Assembly (NCBI GenBank): GCA_902562645.1
Contig: CACETY010000003.1
Span: 17,569-81,568, forward strand
Direction of reading: 5' to 3'
Source: an uncultured Pelagibacteraceae bacterium
GTDB lineage: Bacteria > Pseudomonadota > Alphaproteobacteria > Pelagibacterales > Pelagibacteraceae
DNA: 64,000 nucleotides
Part shown: piece by piece, positions 1-8,612 of the stretch
Position numbering within the stretch: the first letter of the stretch is position 1
Layout: each line of letters begins with the position of its first letter
Program-made: the position numbers and the translations under genes
Notes under the pieces: generated by a model
The model's input: only the letters and a program-made list of their open reading frames with translations
Database searches by the model: none
What the model was told of the DNA's origin: nothing

Positions 1-243
1 TATTATGTTGTTTGGAGTGTAACCCCATCGTTACATACACCACTTATGTCTGTAACAAATGCAATTTCTTCAGTTATAATTGTTGGGGCTATTATAGCAG
101 CCTTAGCAGGCTCTAGTGAGAAGATATTTGAGGTATCGAATATTTTTGGTTTTCTAGCAATTATTTTAGCTGCAGTTAATATTTTTGGTGGATTTCTTGT
201 TACACAAAGAATGTTACAAATGTACAAAAAGAAGAAAAAATAA
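1..243 (+). CDS. pntA: NAD(P) transhydrogenase subunit alpha part 2 (5' truncated by window edge)
   Basis: Frame 1 is open from base 1 (YYVVWSVTPSLHTPLMSVTNAISS...NIFGGFLVTQRMLQM), the conserved PntA membrane domain; directly upstream of pntB. Confidence 0.93.
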   Translation, partial: YYVVWSVTPSLHTPLMSVTNAISSVIIVGAIIAALAGSSEKIFEVSNIFGFLAIILAAVNIFGGFLVTQRMLQMYKKKKK

Positions 244-245
244 AA

Positions 246-1640
246 ATGTCGTCTAATCTTTCTGCATTATTTTATTTAATTTCAGGAATTTTGTTTATTT
301 TAGCTTTAAGAGGTTTGTCTTCACCAGAGACTTCTAGACAAGGAAACTACTTTGGTATTGCTGGAATGTTAATTGCAATTTTCGTTACTTTTTTATCAAT
401 TGGAAATTTTGGTCCTGGCTTCATATATGTATTAATTTTTTTAATTATTGGGGGTTCAATAGGAGCATTTATTGCTTTTAGGATACCTATGACTGCAATG
501 CCGGAACTTGTTGCGGGTTTTCATAGTCTTGTCGGTCTAGCTGCAGTATTTGTGGCTATATCAGCTTTTTTAAAACCAGAAGCATTTGGCCTTGGCGAAG
601 TAGGTAGTATAAACTTAGCAAGCCTAATAGAAATGTCTCTTGGTGCTGCAATAGGTGCTATCACATTTTCAGGATCAATAATTGCCTTTTTAAAACTTAG
701 GGGAATTATGTCTGGTTCGCCAATTACTTTTAAAGGCCAACATTTCTTAAATTTAATTTTAGGTTTAGCAATAATATTTTTAATTTATTACTTATGCACT
801 TTACAATCATCAAATATATTTTGGTCAATAATAATAATATCATTTTTAGTAGGTGTTCTCTTAATTATTCCAATTGGTGGAGCAGATATGCCAGTTGTAA
901 TTTCAATGCTTAATTCTTACTCAGGTTGGGCAGCTGCAGGCATAGGATTTACATTAGAAAATACTGCTTTAATAATTACTGGTGCATTAGTTGGATCATC
1001 GGGGGCTATACTTTCTTACATAATGTGCAAAGGAATGAATAGATCATTCTTTAACGTAATTTTAGGAGGATGGGGTGCAACAGATCAAATGACAGGCTCT
1101 CAAGAAAAAGAACAGAAGCCAGTAAAAAATGGCAATGCAGATGATGCAGCTTTTTTGATGAAGAATGCTTCTTCAGTCATAATCGTACCAGGTTATGGTA
1201 TGGCAGTAGCTCAGGCCCAACATGCATTGAGAGAGATGGTTGATGCTCTAAAAAAAAATGGAGTCAAAGTTTCTTATGCAATACATCCAGTGGCTGGAAG
1301 AATGCCAGGACATATGAATGTTTTATTAGCTGAAGCAAATGTTCCTTATGACGAAGTTTTTGAACTAGAGGAGATTAATAATGATTTTGCAAACTGTGAT
1401 GTTGCATATGTAATTGGGGCAAATGATGTTACCAATCCTGTTGCTAAATCAGATCCTCAGAGTCCAATATATGGAATGCCAGTTCTGGATGTAGAAAAAA
1501 GTAAATCAGTATTATTTGTTAAGAGGAGTTTGTCCCCAGGATATGCAGGTATAGATAATGATCTATTTTATAGAGACAATACGTTAATGTTATTTTCAGA
1601 TGCAAAAAAAATGACCGAAGAGATCGTAAAGAGTTTATAA
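246..1640 (+). CDS. pntB: NAD(P) transhydrogenase subunit beta
   Basis: MTAMPELVAGFHSLVG, GGADMPVVISMLNSYSGWA, VPGYGMAVAQAQH and HPVAGRMPGHMNVLLAEA motifs. Confidence 0.98.
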   Translation: MSSNLSALFYLISGILFILALRGLSSPETSRQGNYFGIAGMLIAIFVTFLSIGNFGPGFIYVLIFLIIGGSIGAFIAFRIPMTAMPELVAGFHSLVGLAAVFVAISAFLKPEAFGLGEVGSINLASLIEMSLGAAIGAITFSGSIIAFLKLRGIMSGSPITFKGQHFLNLILGLAIIFLIYYLCTLQSSNIFWSIIIISFLVGVLLIIPIGGADMPVVISMLNSYSGWAAAGIGFTLENTALIITGALVGSSGAILSYIMCKGMNRSFFNVILGGWGATDQMTGSQEKEQKPVKNGNADDAAFLMKNASSVIIVPGYGMAVAQAQHALREMVDALKKNGVKVSYAIHPVAGRMPGHMNVLLAEANVPYDEVFELEEINNDFANCDVAYVIGANDVTNPVAKSDPQSPIYGMPVLDVEKSKSVLFVKRSLSPGYAGIDNDLFYRDNTLMLFSDAKKMTEEIVKSL

Positions 1641-2333
1641 TTGACTAAAATATTTTGTGATATAGCTGATATTAAATTGATAAAAAAATTTGATAAGAAA
1701 AGAATAGTCAAAGGTTTTACTACTAATCCATCCTTAATGAGAAAAGCAGGAGCTAAGGATTATTCAAAGTATTTAAAAAATATTTTAAGAATAACAGATA
1801 AATCATTATCATGTGAGGTTTTTGCTGACGATGTCACAAATATGATTTCTCAAGGAAATGAAATAAGTAAATGGGGTAAAAATGTATATGTAAAAGTTCC
1901 AGTAACAAATTCTAAAGGAATGTTCATGGGCGAAGTAATCAAATCATTAAACTCAAACAATATTCAACTTAATATTACTGCTGTATATAACTCAAAACAA
2001 ACAAAACAAATTTTAAAAAATATAAATTACAAAACAAAAGTAATAATTTCTATATTTGCTGGAAGAATGGCAGATGCTGGAAAAGATCCAATACCTGAAA
2101 TTAAAGAAAGTATTAAAATTTCAAAAAATTACAAAAATGTAGAAATACTTTGGGCGAGTACCAGAGAGCCATATAATTATATTCAAGCTAAAAAATTAGG
2201 ATGCCAAATAATTACAGTTCCACCGAATATAATTGAAAAAATAGAAAAATTTGGAAAAAGTTTTAAAGAACTTACAACAGACACTGTTAAAGGTTTCTTG
2301 GTAGATGCTAAAAAATCAAAATTCAGTTTGTAA
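1641..2333 (+). CDS. tal: Small transaldolase / fructose-6-phosphate aldolase family protein
   Basis: GFTTNPSL, Schiff-base Lys in VYVKVP, FAGRMAD, LWASTRE; TTG start abutting the pntB stop. Confidence 0.85.
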   Translation: MTKIFCDIADIKLIKKFDKKRIVKGFTTNPSLMRKAGAKDYSKYLKNILRITDKSLSCEVFADDVTNMISQGNEISKWGKNVYVKVPVTNSKGMFMGEVIKSLNSNNIQLNITAVYNSKQTKQILKNINYKTKVIISIFAGRMADAGKDPIPEIKESIKISKNYKNVEILWASTREPYNYIQAKKLGCQIITVPPNIIEKIEKFGKSFKELTTDTVKGFLVDAKKSKFSL

Positions 2334-2335
2334 AT

Positions 2336-2412
2336 TGGTTGCGGGGGACGGATTTGAACCGCCGACCTCAAGGTTATGAGCCTTGCGAGCTACCAGGCTG
2401 CTCCACCCCGCG
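2336..2412 (-). tRNA. tRNA-fMet (initiator, anticodon CAT)
   Basis: Reverse complement CGCGGGGTGGAGCAGCCTGGTAGCTCGCAAGGCTCATAACCTTGAGGTCGGCGGTTCAAATCCGTCCCCCGCAACCA: cloverleaf, C1:A72 mismatch, encoded CCA. Confidence 0.97.
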
Positions 2413-2416
2413 GTAA

Positions 2417-2611
2417 TTAAATACGGTTTTTTAATTTATTTAGTTTTTTTACTCTTTTAATATTTTCTTGAAGTATTCTTTTCTTCTTCTCAGATGGTTT
2501 TTCATAAGTATTTTTAAGCTTAATTACCTTAAAAAAACCGTCGCGTTGTAGTTTCCTTTTTAGAACTCTCAACGCTTGCTCAATATTATTGTCTTTAACT
2601 TCTATTTTAAT
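2417..2611 (-). CDS. rpsU: 30S ribosomal protein bS21 (start placed at ATT 2611; the ORF track uses TTG 2623)
   Basis: KIEVKDNNIEQALRVLKRKLQRDG...YEKPSEKK; GGAGGT SD at 2621-2616 precedes the ATT that aligns with Met1 of homologs. Confidence 0.93.
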   Translation of the reverse strand: MKIEVKDNNIEQALRVLKRKLQRDGFFKVIKLKNTYEKPSEKKKRILQENIKRVKKLNKLKNRI

Positions 2612-2632
2612 AACTACCTCCAAAAAGTGAAG

Positions 2633-2661
2633 TAAGTAACACTTTAGAATTTATTTGTCTA
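2633..2661 (-). promoter_or_regulatory. Putative sigma70 promoter of rpsU-tRNA-fMet
   Basis: TAGACA-N17-TACTTA with an extended -10 TG, read on the minus strand. Confidence 0.45.
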
Positions 2662-2674
2662 TTACAATTCATAA

Positions 2675-3244
2675 CTATTTATTAATTTGATTTCTCTCTT
2701 TTTCTTTTTTTTCCTTAGCTACACGCTTTTCAGCTCTTTCAAGTTCTTTTAAAAGATCTTTTTGTGTAAATAGCCCGATAGCAACTGGATCTTTTGCATT
2801 AAGATTATTATAATTCCAATAATTTTTATTTCTTATAGCTGTAACTGAATTCTTGGTAATACTTACTAATTTAGCTATTTGTGAGTCTTTCAAAATAGAA
2901 TGTTGTCTGATTAGCCACAAAGCAGAGTCTGGTTTATCTTGTCTCTTTGAAAATGGAATATATTTTTTTACTTTTGTCTCAGAGTTTTCAATTTTAATTT
3001 CATTTATTTTAAGATTTAGTGGTCTATTTGGGTCGGATGAGCTAAGTTCAACTTCATCTTTTGTAAGCTGACCCGAAATTATTGGATTGTTTCCAACTAT
3101 ACCTTTAGCTACTTCTCCATCTGCGATACCTTGGATTTCCACTTCATGCAATTTGCAAAATTCAGAAATTTGTTTGAATGTTAAAGAAGTATTTTCAACC
3201 AGCCATACTGCAGTGGCCATTGGCATTAAGGGTGCTTTTGACAT
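2675..3244 (-). CDS. trcR: DUF1013 family protein, TrcR-like transcriptional regulator
   Basis: PLMPMATAVWLVENTSLTFKQISEFCKLHEVEIQGIADG and SKRQDKPD signatures of alphaproteobacterial DUF1013. Confidence 0.88.
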   Translation of the reverse strand: MSKAPLMPMATAVWLVENTSLTFKQISEFCKLHEVEIQGIADGEVAKGIVGNNPIISGQLTKDEVELSSSDPNRPLNLKINEIKIENSETKVKKYIPFSKRQDKPDSALWLIRQHSILKDSQIAKLVSITKNSVTAIRNKNYWNYNNLNAKDPVAIGLFTQKDLLKELERAEKRVAKEKKEKERNQINK

Positions 3245-3475
3245 TTAGTTTTTCTTTTCTGATCTAAAACTTTGGAATTTCTTATTAAATTTACTTACCC
3301 TACCTTTATCTAATATCTTCTGCTTACCCCCAGTCCATGCAGAATGTGATTTAGGGTCAATCTCTAATTTTAAAACATCTCCTTCAGATCCCCAGGTTGA
3401 TCTAGTTTCAAATGATGATCCGTCAGTCATTTCAACTTTTATAATGTGATAATCTGGATGAATACTTTTTTTCAT
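3245..3475 (-). CDS. rpmE: 50S ribosomal protein bL31 (Cys-free alphaproteobacterial type)
   Basis: [10 protein letters not shown]...HSAWTGGKQ...[10 protein letters not shown]. Confidence 0.97.
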   Translation of the reverse strand: MKKSIHPDYHIIKVEMTDGSSFETRSTWGSEGDVLKLEIDPKSHSAWTGGKQKILDKGRVSKFNKKFQSFRSEKKN

Positions 3476-3482
3476 AAGCGGC

Positions 3483-3510
3483 TTTATAACAAAAGTTTAA
3501 TTAAAAACAA
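3483..3510 (-). promoter_or_regulatory. Putative extended -10 promoter giving a leaderless rpmE mRNA
   Basis: TTGTTT-N16-TATAAA with TG-n, followed by GCCGCTT and then the ATG. Confidence 0.5.
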
Positions 3511-4251
3511 TTAAAAGTTCTTTAAATTTTCTGTCATTTTTTTATAAATTTTATCACTAGAGGCTCTAACATCTATATTTTTTGTCGTGTTATAATCAAT
3601 TTTATTAAATATTCCCCCAGCTTCTTCTATTATAATTAATCCTGCAGCTATATCCCATATATTAAGTTTGTTATGAAAAAAACCATCTAATCTACCTGCT
3701 CCCACATATGCTAAATCAAGTGAAGTGCAACCCGAGTACCTCATATTGAGGTTACTGAATTTTACTCCTTCTATGTTTGTACCAAATAAACATTCTTCTA
3801 TTTCATTTTTTTTAGATACTTTTACTCTTTGATTATTATAGTAAGCTCCATTATTCTTTTCTGCAAAAAAAATTTCATTTTTTATTGGATCAAATATAAT
3901 CCCAGCCACTAAATGATTTTTCACTTTAAGAGCTATAGAAATAGCAAAATGTGGAATTCCATGAAGAAAATTTGTAGTACCATCAATAGGGTCAACAATC
4001 CAAATACTTTCTTTATCATTGTTATTAATAACCCCATTTTCCTCGGTAATAAATGAAAAATTTTTTCTACTTTTTGATAATTCATCTATTAATATAGACT
4101 CAACACGTCTATCAGTTTTAGTTACAAAATCTCTTGGACCTTTTTTTGAGACTTGTAAATTTTCAACTTCTCCAAAATCCCTAATTATTATTTTAGACGC
4201 TTTTTCACAAGCTTTAATCATTATATTTAAATTTGGAGAAATAGAATTCAT
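3511..4251 (-). CDS. suhB: Inositol monophosphatase family protein SuhB
   Basis: WIVDPIDGTTNFLHG and WDIAAG motifs. Confidence 0.95.
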   Translation of the reverse strand: MNSISPNLNIMIKACEKASKIIIRDFGEVENLQVSKKGPRDFVTKTDRRVESILIDELSKSRKNFSFITEENGVINNNDKESIWIVDPIDGTTNFLHGIPHFAISIALKVKNHLVAGIIFDPIKNEIFFAEKNNGAYYNNQRVKVSKKNEIEECLFGTNIEGVKFSNLNMRYSGCTSLDLAYVGAGRLDGFFHNKLNIWDIAAGLIIIEEAGGIFNKIDYNTTKNIDVRASSDKIYKKMTENLKNF

Positions 4252-4255
4252 AGAA

Positions 4256-4816
4256 TTAAATTTTTTTTACATATTCAAAAGTTCTAGTGTCTAAAATGAT
4301 TTCGTCACCCCCTTCCACAAATGGTGGAACCTGAATTTTGATACCATTATCAAGAATTGCAGGTTTATAGGAAGAAGATACTGTTTGACCTTTTATAGCA
4401 GCATCAGTTGTTTCTATTTTGCATTTAACCTGATTTGGAAGTCCTACTGATATGGGGCTATCATTATAAAAGCTTACAGAGACCTCAAGATTTTCAGTCA
4501 GTAAATTACCTTTTTTACCAACAATTTTCTTTTTAATTTCAATTTGATCAAACGTTTTTGGATTCATAAAAAAATAATTACTTTCATCACTATAAAGATA
4601 ATTAAAAGTTATCTCATCAACTGAGGCTTTTTCCACAGTCTCACTAGATCTAAACCTTTCATTCAATTTTGTTTCTTTATTAACACTTTTCATTTCTACC
4701 TGAGCAAAAGCACCACCTTTTCCAGGTTTGACGTGTTGTGTTTTTAAAACTTGCCATAAATCATTTTTAAATTCTAAAAGCATACCCACTCTTATTTCAC
4801 TCGCATTAATTTTCAT
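4256..4816 (-). CDS. efp: Elongation factor P
   Basis: HVKPGKGGAF, SYKPA and VPPFVEGG motifs. Confidence 0.97.
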   Translation of the reverse strand: MKINASEIRVGMLLEFKNDLWQVLKTQHVKPGKGGAFAQVEMKSVNKETKLNERFRSSETVEKASVDEITFNYLYSDESNYFFMNPKTFDQIEIKKKIVGKKGNLLTENLEVSVSFYNDSPISVGLPNQVKCKIETTDAAIKGQTVSSSYKPAILDNGIKIQVPPFVEGGDEIILDTRTFEYVKKI

Positions 4817-5427
4817 TTAAATCTTTCAATAGCTTTTAATGGTTTGTATTTTTTATTTTTCCAAATGTAACTTGAAATAGCTAAAAATTTAGCTTTGTTC
4901 AACAACAGTTTTTTATAATTTTGAGGATTAATTCCTCCAATAGCAACTAAAGGTATTTTGGTTAACTTACTTGCTTCTTTTAAATTTTTTATTGATGCTT
5001 GATATTTAGTCCTTTTAGTTTTAGATGGGAAAAATGCACCAAATGCTAGATAACTTGCTTTAGCTTTAATAGCAAATTTTGCAAATTTGATGGAGTTATG
5101 ACAAGTTACTCCAATTATCTTATTTCCAATAATACTTCTCGCATCATTAACATTTATATCGTTTTGACCTAAGTGACATCCATCAGCATTTAGTTTTTTT
5201 GCTAGTTTAGGGTCATCATTTACTAAAAATTTTACTCTATTTTTTCTACATATTTCTTTAACTTTTTTTCCTATCAAAATTTTACTCTTAAGAGGATATT
5301 TTTTTAATCTTAATTGAAAAATTCCTACTTTACCGGTTTTTAAAACCAAGTTTAGATGCCGGAAGAAACTTTTACTTATTTTATTAGGTGAGATGAGATA
5401 AATAAATTTTTTGTTGTTAATTTTCAA
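4813..5427 (-). CDS. thiE: Thiamine phosphate synthase
   Basis: FQLRLK, VNDD, GCHLGQND, GVTCHNS, AIGGI; conserved fba-thiE-efp synteny. Confidence 0.92.
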   Translation of the reverse strand: MKINNKKFIYLISPNKISKSFFRHLNLVLKTGKVGIFQLRLKKYPLKSKILIGKKVKEICRKNRVKFLVNDDPKLAKKLNADGCHLGQNDINVNDARSIIGNKIIGVTCHNSIKFAKFAIKAKASYLAFGAFFPSKTKRTKYQASIKNLKEASKLTKIPLVAIGGINPQNYKKLLLNKAKFLAISSYIWKNKKYKPLKAIERFK

Positions 5428-6424
5428 GTTCTATAGACCATTTTGCTTTAGCCGCTAGTGTACACATTCTGGCTCTATGATTAAAAATATTTTGTGTTTT
5501 TTGGATGTTTTTATTAGTTTTAGACCAAACTTTTAGAGCACTTTGTTGCAGAGCTCTCCCGTATGAATATGTCATTATAAAGTTTGTATTATTATATTTA
5601 TTTATTAAATTTAAATTTTCTGTAGCCTCTATTTCTGTTTGGCCCCCAGATAAAAAAGCAATTCCTGGAACTTCGTTAGGAACTGAATTTTTCAAACATT
5701 CAAGTGTTTTTTGTGCAACCTCCTCACTTAAGATTTTACGTTTTGATTGGCTGCCAGCTAATATCATATTTGGCTTCAAAATTATTCCAGAAAGATCAAC
5801 TTTATGCAAAATTAATTCTTCAAAACATTTTTTAATTACCTCAGATGTTTTACTTAAACACACATCAGCAGAATGATTTCCATCCATCAATACTTCAGGT
5901 TCAACTATTGGAACCATTTTACTTTCTTGAGCTAAAGCTGAATATCGTGCCAATGCGTGAGCATTACTATTAATTGAAATTTTGCTTGGATATTTATCGC
6001 TTATAGCATAAACACCTCTCCATTTTGTAAATCTTGCTCCAAGTTCATAGTATTTATTTAATCTCTCTCTGAGTCCGTCTAAACCTTCAGTTATTTTTTC
6101 TTCAGAAGAATTTGCCAAACTTTTTGCACCTGTATCAACCTTTATCCCAGGTATCGCACCTGAAGAAGAGATTAAATCAGGGATTGATTTTCCAAAGTTT
6201 GTTGTTTGATTTATCGTCTCATCGTAAAGAATTACACCTCCTATGTATTTCTTCATACTTTCAGACGAAAATAGTGTTTCTCTAAATAAAAGTCTATTTT
6301 CTTTATTTGAGGTCACATCTACAGCCTCAAGTCTTTTTGTCATGGTTCCATTACTTTCGTCTGCTGCGAGGATACCCTTGCCATCAGATATTATTTTAAG
6401 CGCAATTTTATTAAGTTCTGACAT
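5417..6424 (-). CDS. fbaB: Class I fructose-bisphosphate aldolase
   Basis: GKGILAADES, VPIVEPEVLMDG, ILKPNM, FLSGGQ, YSYGRALQ. Confidence 0.95.
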   Translation of the reverse strand: MSELNKIALKIISDGKGILAADESNGTMTKRLEAVDVTSNKENRLLFRETLFSSESMKKYIGGVILYDETINQTTNFGKSIPDLISSSGAIPGIKVDTGAKSLANSSEEKITEGLDGLRERLNKYYELGARFTKWRGVYAISDKYPSKISINSNAHALARYSALAQESKMVPIVEPEVLMDGNHSADVCLSKTSEVIKKCFEELILHKVDLSGIILKPNMILAGSQSKRKILSEEVAQKTLECLKNSVPNEVPGIAFLSGGQTEIEATENLNLINKYNNTNFIMTYSYGRALQQSALKVWSKTNKNIQKTQNIFNHRARMCTLAAKAKWSIELEN

Positions 6425-6425
6425 A

Positions 6426-7604
6426 TCAATTCAAAGCGGTTATACCAGGCAGTTTTTTTCCTTCAAGATATTCTAGAAAAGCTCCACCTGCAGTTGAAAC
6501 AAAATTAAAATTACCGACAATTTTTAGGTTATTTAATAATGAAACAGTATCACCACCACCAACAACAGAAAAAATTTTGCTTGATTTATTATTCTCAACT
6601 ATTTTCTCGGCTATTTTAATACTTCCATTAGCAAAATTTGGATTTTCAAAATAACCAGCGGGTCCGTTCCATAATATTGTTTTACTATTATCAATTATAT
6701 TTGTTATTTTACTAATTGTTCTTGGTCCAATATCTAAAATCATCTCATCAGGCAAAATTTGATCCAATTCTTTATTTACAGGTGACCCATTCAAAAATTT
6801 AGATACAAGAACGTCATCAGGATAAATTATCTTGCATTTATTTTTTTCTGAAAGTGAGATAATTTCATCAATTATTTCATGACAATTTTTTTCTTTTAGT
6901 GATTTTCCAATATTATTTCCAAAATATTCAATAAAATTATTAGCCATCCCTCCTACAATTATAATATTATCGAACTTTGGTAGTAAATTTTTGATAATAT
7001 CTATTTTAGTTGAGACTTTAGATCCTCCAATTATACATGTTATAGGTTTTGTTATTTCAGCAGTAATTTTATTAAGAGCTGCCACCTCTAAATCAAGTTG
7101 AACTCCAGAGTAAGAAGGCAGATATCGAGAAATTTGATAAATAGATGCGTGTGCTCTATGAGAACATGAAAATGCATCATTCACATATATATCACCTAAA
7201 CTTGCTAAATGTTCTGCAAATTTGTGATCATTTTTTTCCTCTTCAATATAAAACCTTATATTTTCTAAAATAAGAATTTCTTCATTAAATTTTTCAAAGA
7301 AATCTTTATTTTTTATTTCATAAATATTTTTTGTTATTAGTTTTGTACTTACATTTAATTTTTTTTTTAAATCTTCACATATTGGTTTTAAGGACAACTC
7401 TTTAACTATTTTTCCTTTTGGCCTTCCCACATGTGATAAAATTATTATTTTAGTTTTTTTTTTTATTAAAAATTTCAATGTAGGGAGAATTTTATCAATT
7501 CTTGTCGTGTCACTTATTTTTCCATTTTCAAGAGGAACATTTAAGTCTAATCTAAGTAATATTTTTTTATTATTAAGATTTTTTTCGTTTAATATACTTC
7601 TCAT
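6426..7604 (-). CDS. pgk: Phosphoglycerate kinase
   Basis: RLDLNVP, SHVGRPKG, WNGPAG, VGGGDT, STAGGAFLEYLEG. Confidence 0.98.
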   Translation of the reverse strand: MRSILNEKNLNNKKILLRLDLNVPLENGKISDTTRIDKILPTLKFLIKKKTKIIILSHVGRPKGKIVKELSLKPICEDLKKKLNVSTKLITKNIYEIKNKDFFEKFNEEILILENIRFYIEEEKNDHKFAEHLASLGDIYVNDAFSCSHRAHASIYQISRYLPSYSGVQLDLEVAALNKITAEITKPITCIIGGSKVSTKIDIIKNLLPKFDNIIIVGGMANNFIEYFGNNIGKSLKEKNCHEIIDEIISLSEKNKCKIIYPDDVLVSKFLNGSPVNKELDQILPDEMILDIGPRTISKITNIIDNSKTILWNGPAGYFENPNFANGSIKIAEKIVENNKSSKIFSVVGGGDTVSLLNNLKIVGNFNFVSTAGGAFLEYLEGKKLPGITALN

Positions 7605-8611
7605 TAAGAGATTTTATTCAAATTCTCAGCTATATCGCACATTCTATTGGAAAAACCCCATTCATTATCATACCAAGCAGAAATTTTACCCATATTAGTT
7701 CCAACAACATTTGTCAAAGACGCATCTACAATTGCAGATGCAGGATGATGATTAAAATCAATGGAAACCAGCTTCTCTTGAGTAACCGCTAAAATTTTAT
7801 TTAATTCATTTTTAGACGCGGTTTCAAAAGCATCATTAATTTTTTTAATATTGATCTCTTTTTTTGAGCAAAATATCAACTCTACAAGCGATACATTAGG
7901 AGTCGGGACTCTCATTGCAACCCCTTCTAATTTCCCTTTTAAGCTTGGAATTATCTCGCCTATTGCTTTTGATGCCCCAGTTGATGTTGGAACTATAGAC
8001 TGGCTTGCGGCACGTGCTCTTCTTGGATCTTTATGAGAATTGTCCAAAATTCTTTGATCACTAGTATATGCATGAATGGTAGTCATAAAACCTTTTTCGA
8101 TTTCAAAATTATTATTAAGAACATTCACAACTGGTGCTAAACAGTTAGTTGTGCATGAGGCAGCAGATATTATTTTATCATCCTTTGATATAATATTTTC
8201 ATTTACACCAAATACAATTGTTTTATCTGCATTTTTACATGGAGCAGAAACAATTACTTTTTTCGCTCCATTTTTGATGTGTGTGATTAATTTTTCTTTT
8301 GAATTAAATTTACCAGTGCACTCAAAGACATAATCAACATCATACTTTTTCCAATTAATATTTTCTATATTACTTTCTTGTGAAAATGTAATTTTATTTT
8401 CATTAATTATTAATACATTTTCATCAAATTTTAATTCTGCATTAAATTTACCATGAATAGAGTCGTATTTTAATAGTTTACAAGTAGCCTCAGCATTAGA
8501 TCTGTTGTTTATATGTTGAATTTTTAAATTTTTGTTTTGAGTCTCGATAATTGATCTAACTATCATACGACCAATTCTGCCCATCCCATTAATTCCAATT
8601 TTAATAGTCAT
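7604..8611 (-). CDS. gap: Type I glyceraldehyde-3-phosphate dehydrogenase (start at MTIKIG, 8611)
   Basis: GINGMGRIGR, ASCTTNCLAP, WYDNEWGFSNRM. Confidence 0.97.
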   Translation of the reverse strand: MTIKIGINGMGRIGRMIVRSIIETQNKNLKIQHINNRSNAEATCKLLKYDSIHGKFNAELKFDENVLIINENKITFSQESNIENINWKKYDVDYVFECTGKFNSKEKLITHIKNGAKKVIVSAPCKNADKTIVFGVNENIISKDDKIISAASCTTNCLAPVVNVLNNNFEIEKGFMTTIHAYTSDQRILDNSHKDPRRARAASQSIVPTSTGASKAIGEIIPSLKGKLEGVAMRVPTPNVSLVELIFCSKKEINIKKINDAFETASKNELNKILAVTQEKLVSIDFNHHPASAIVDASLTNVVGTNMGKISAWYDNEWGFSNRMCDIAENLNKIS

Positions 8612-8612
8612 T

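Noticed and set aside
3245-3475. Zinc-free bL31 as a zinc-starvation paralog
   Set aside because: Cys-free bL31 is the normal form in Alphaproteobacteria and this copy is at a core locus.
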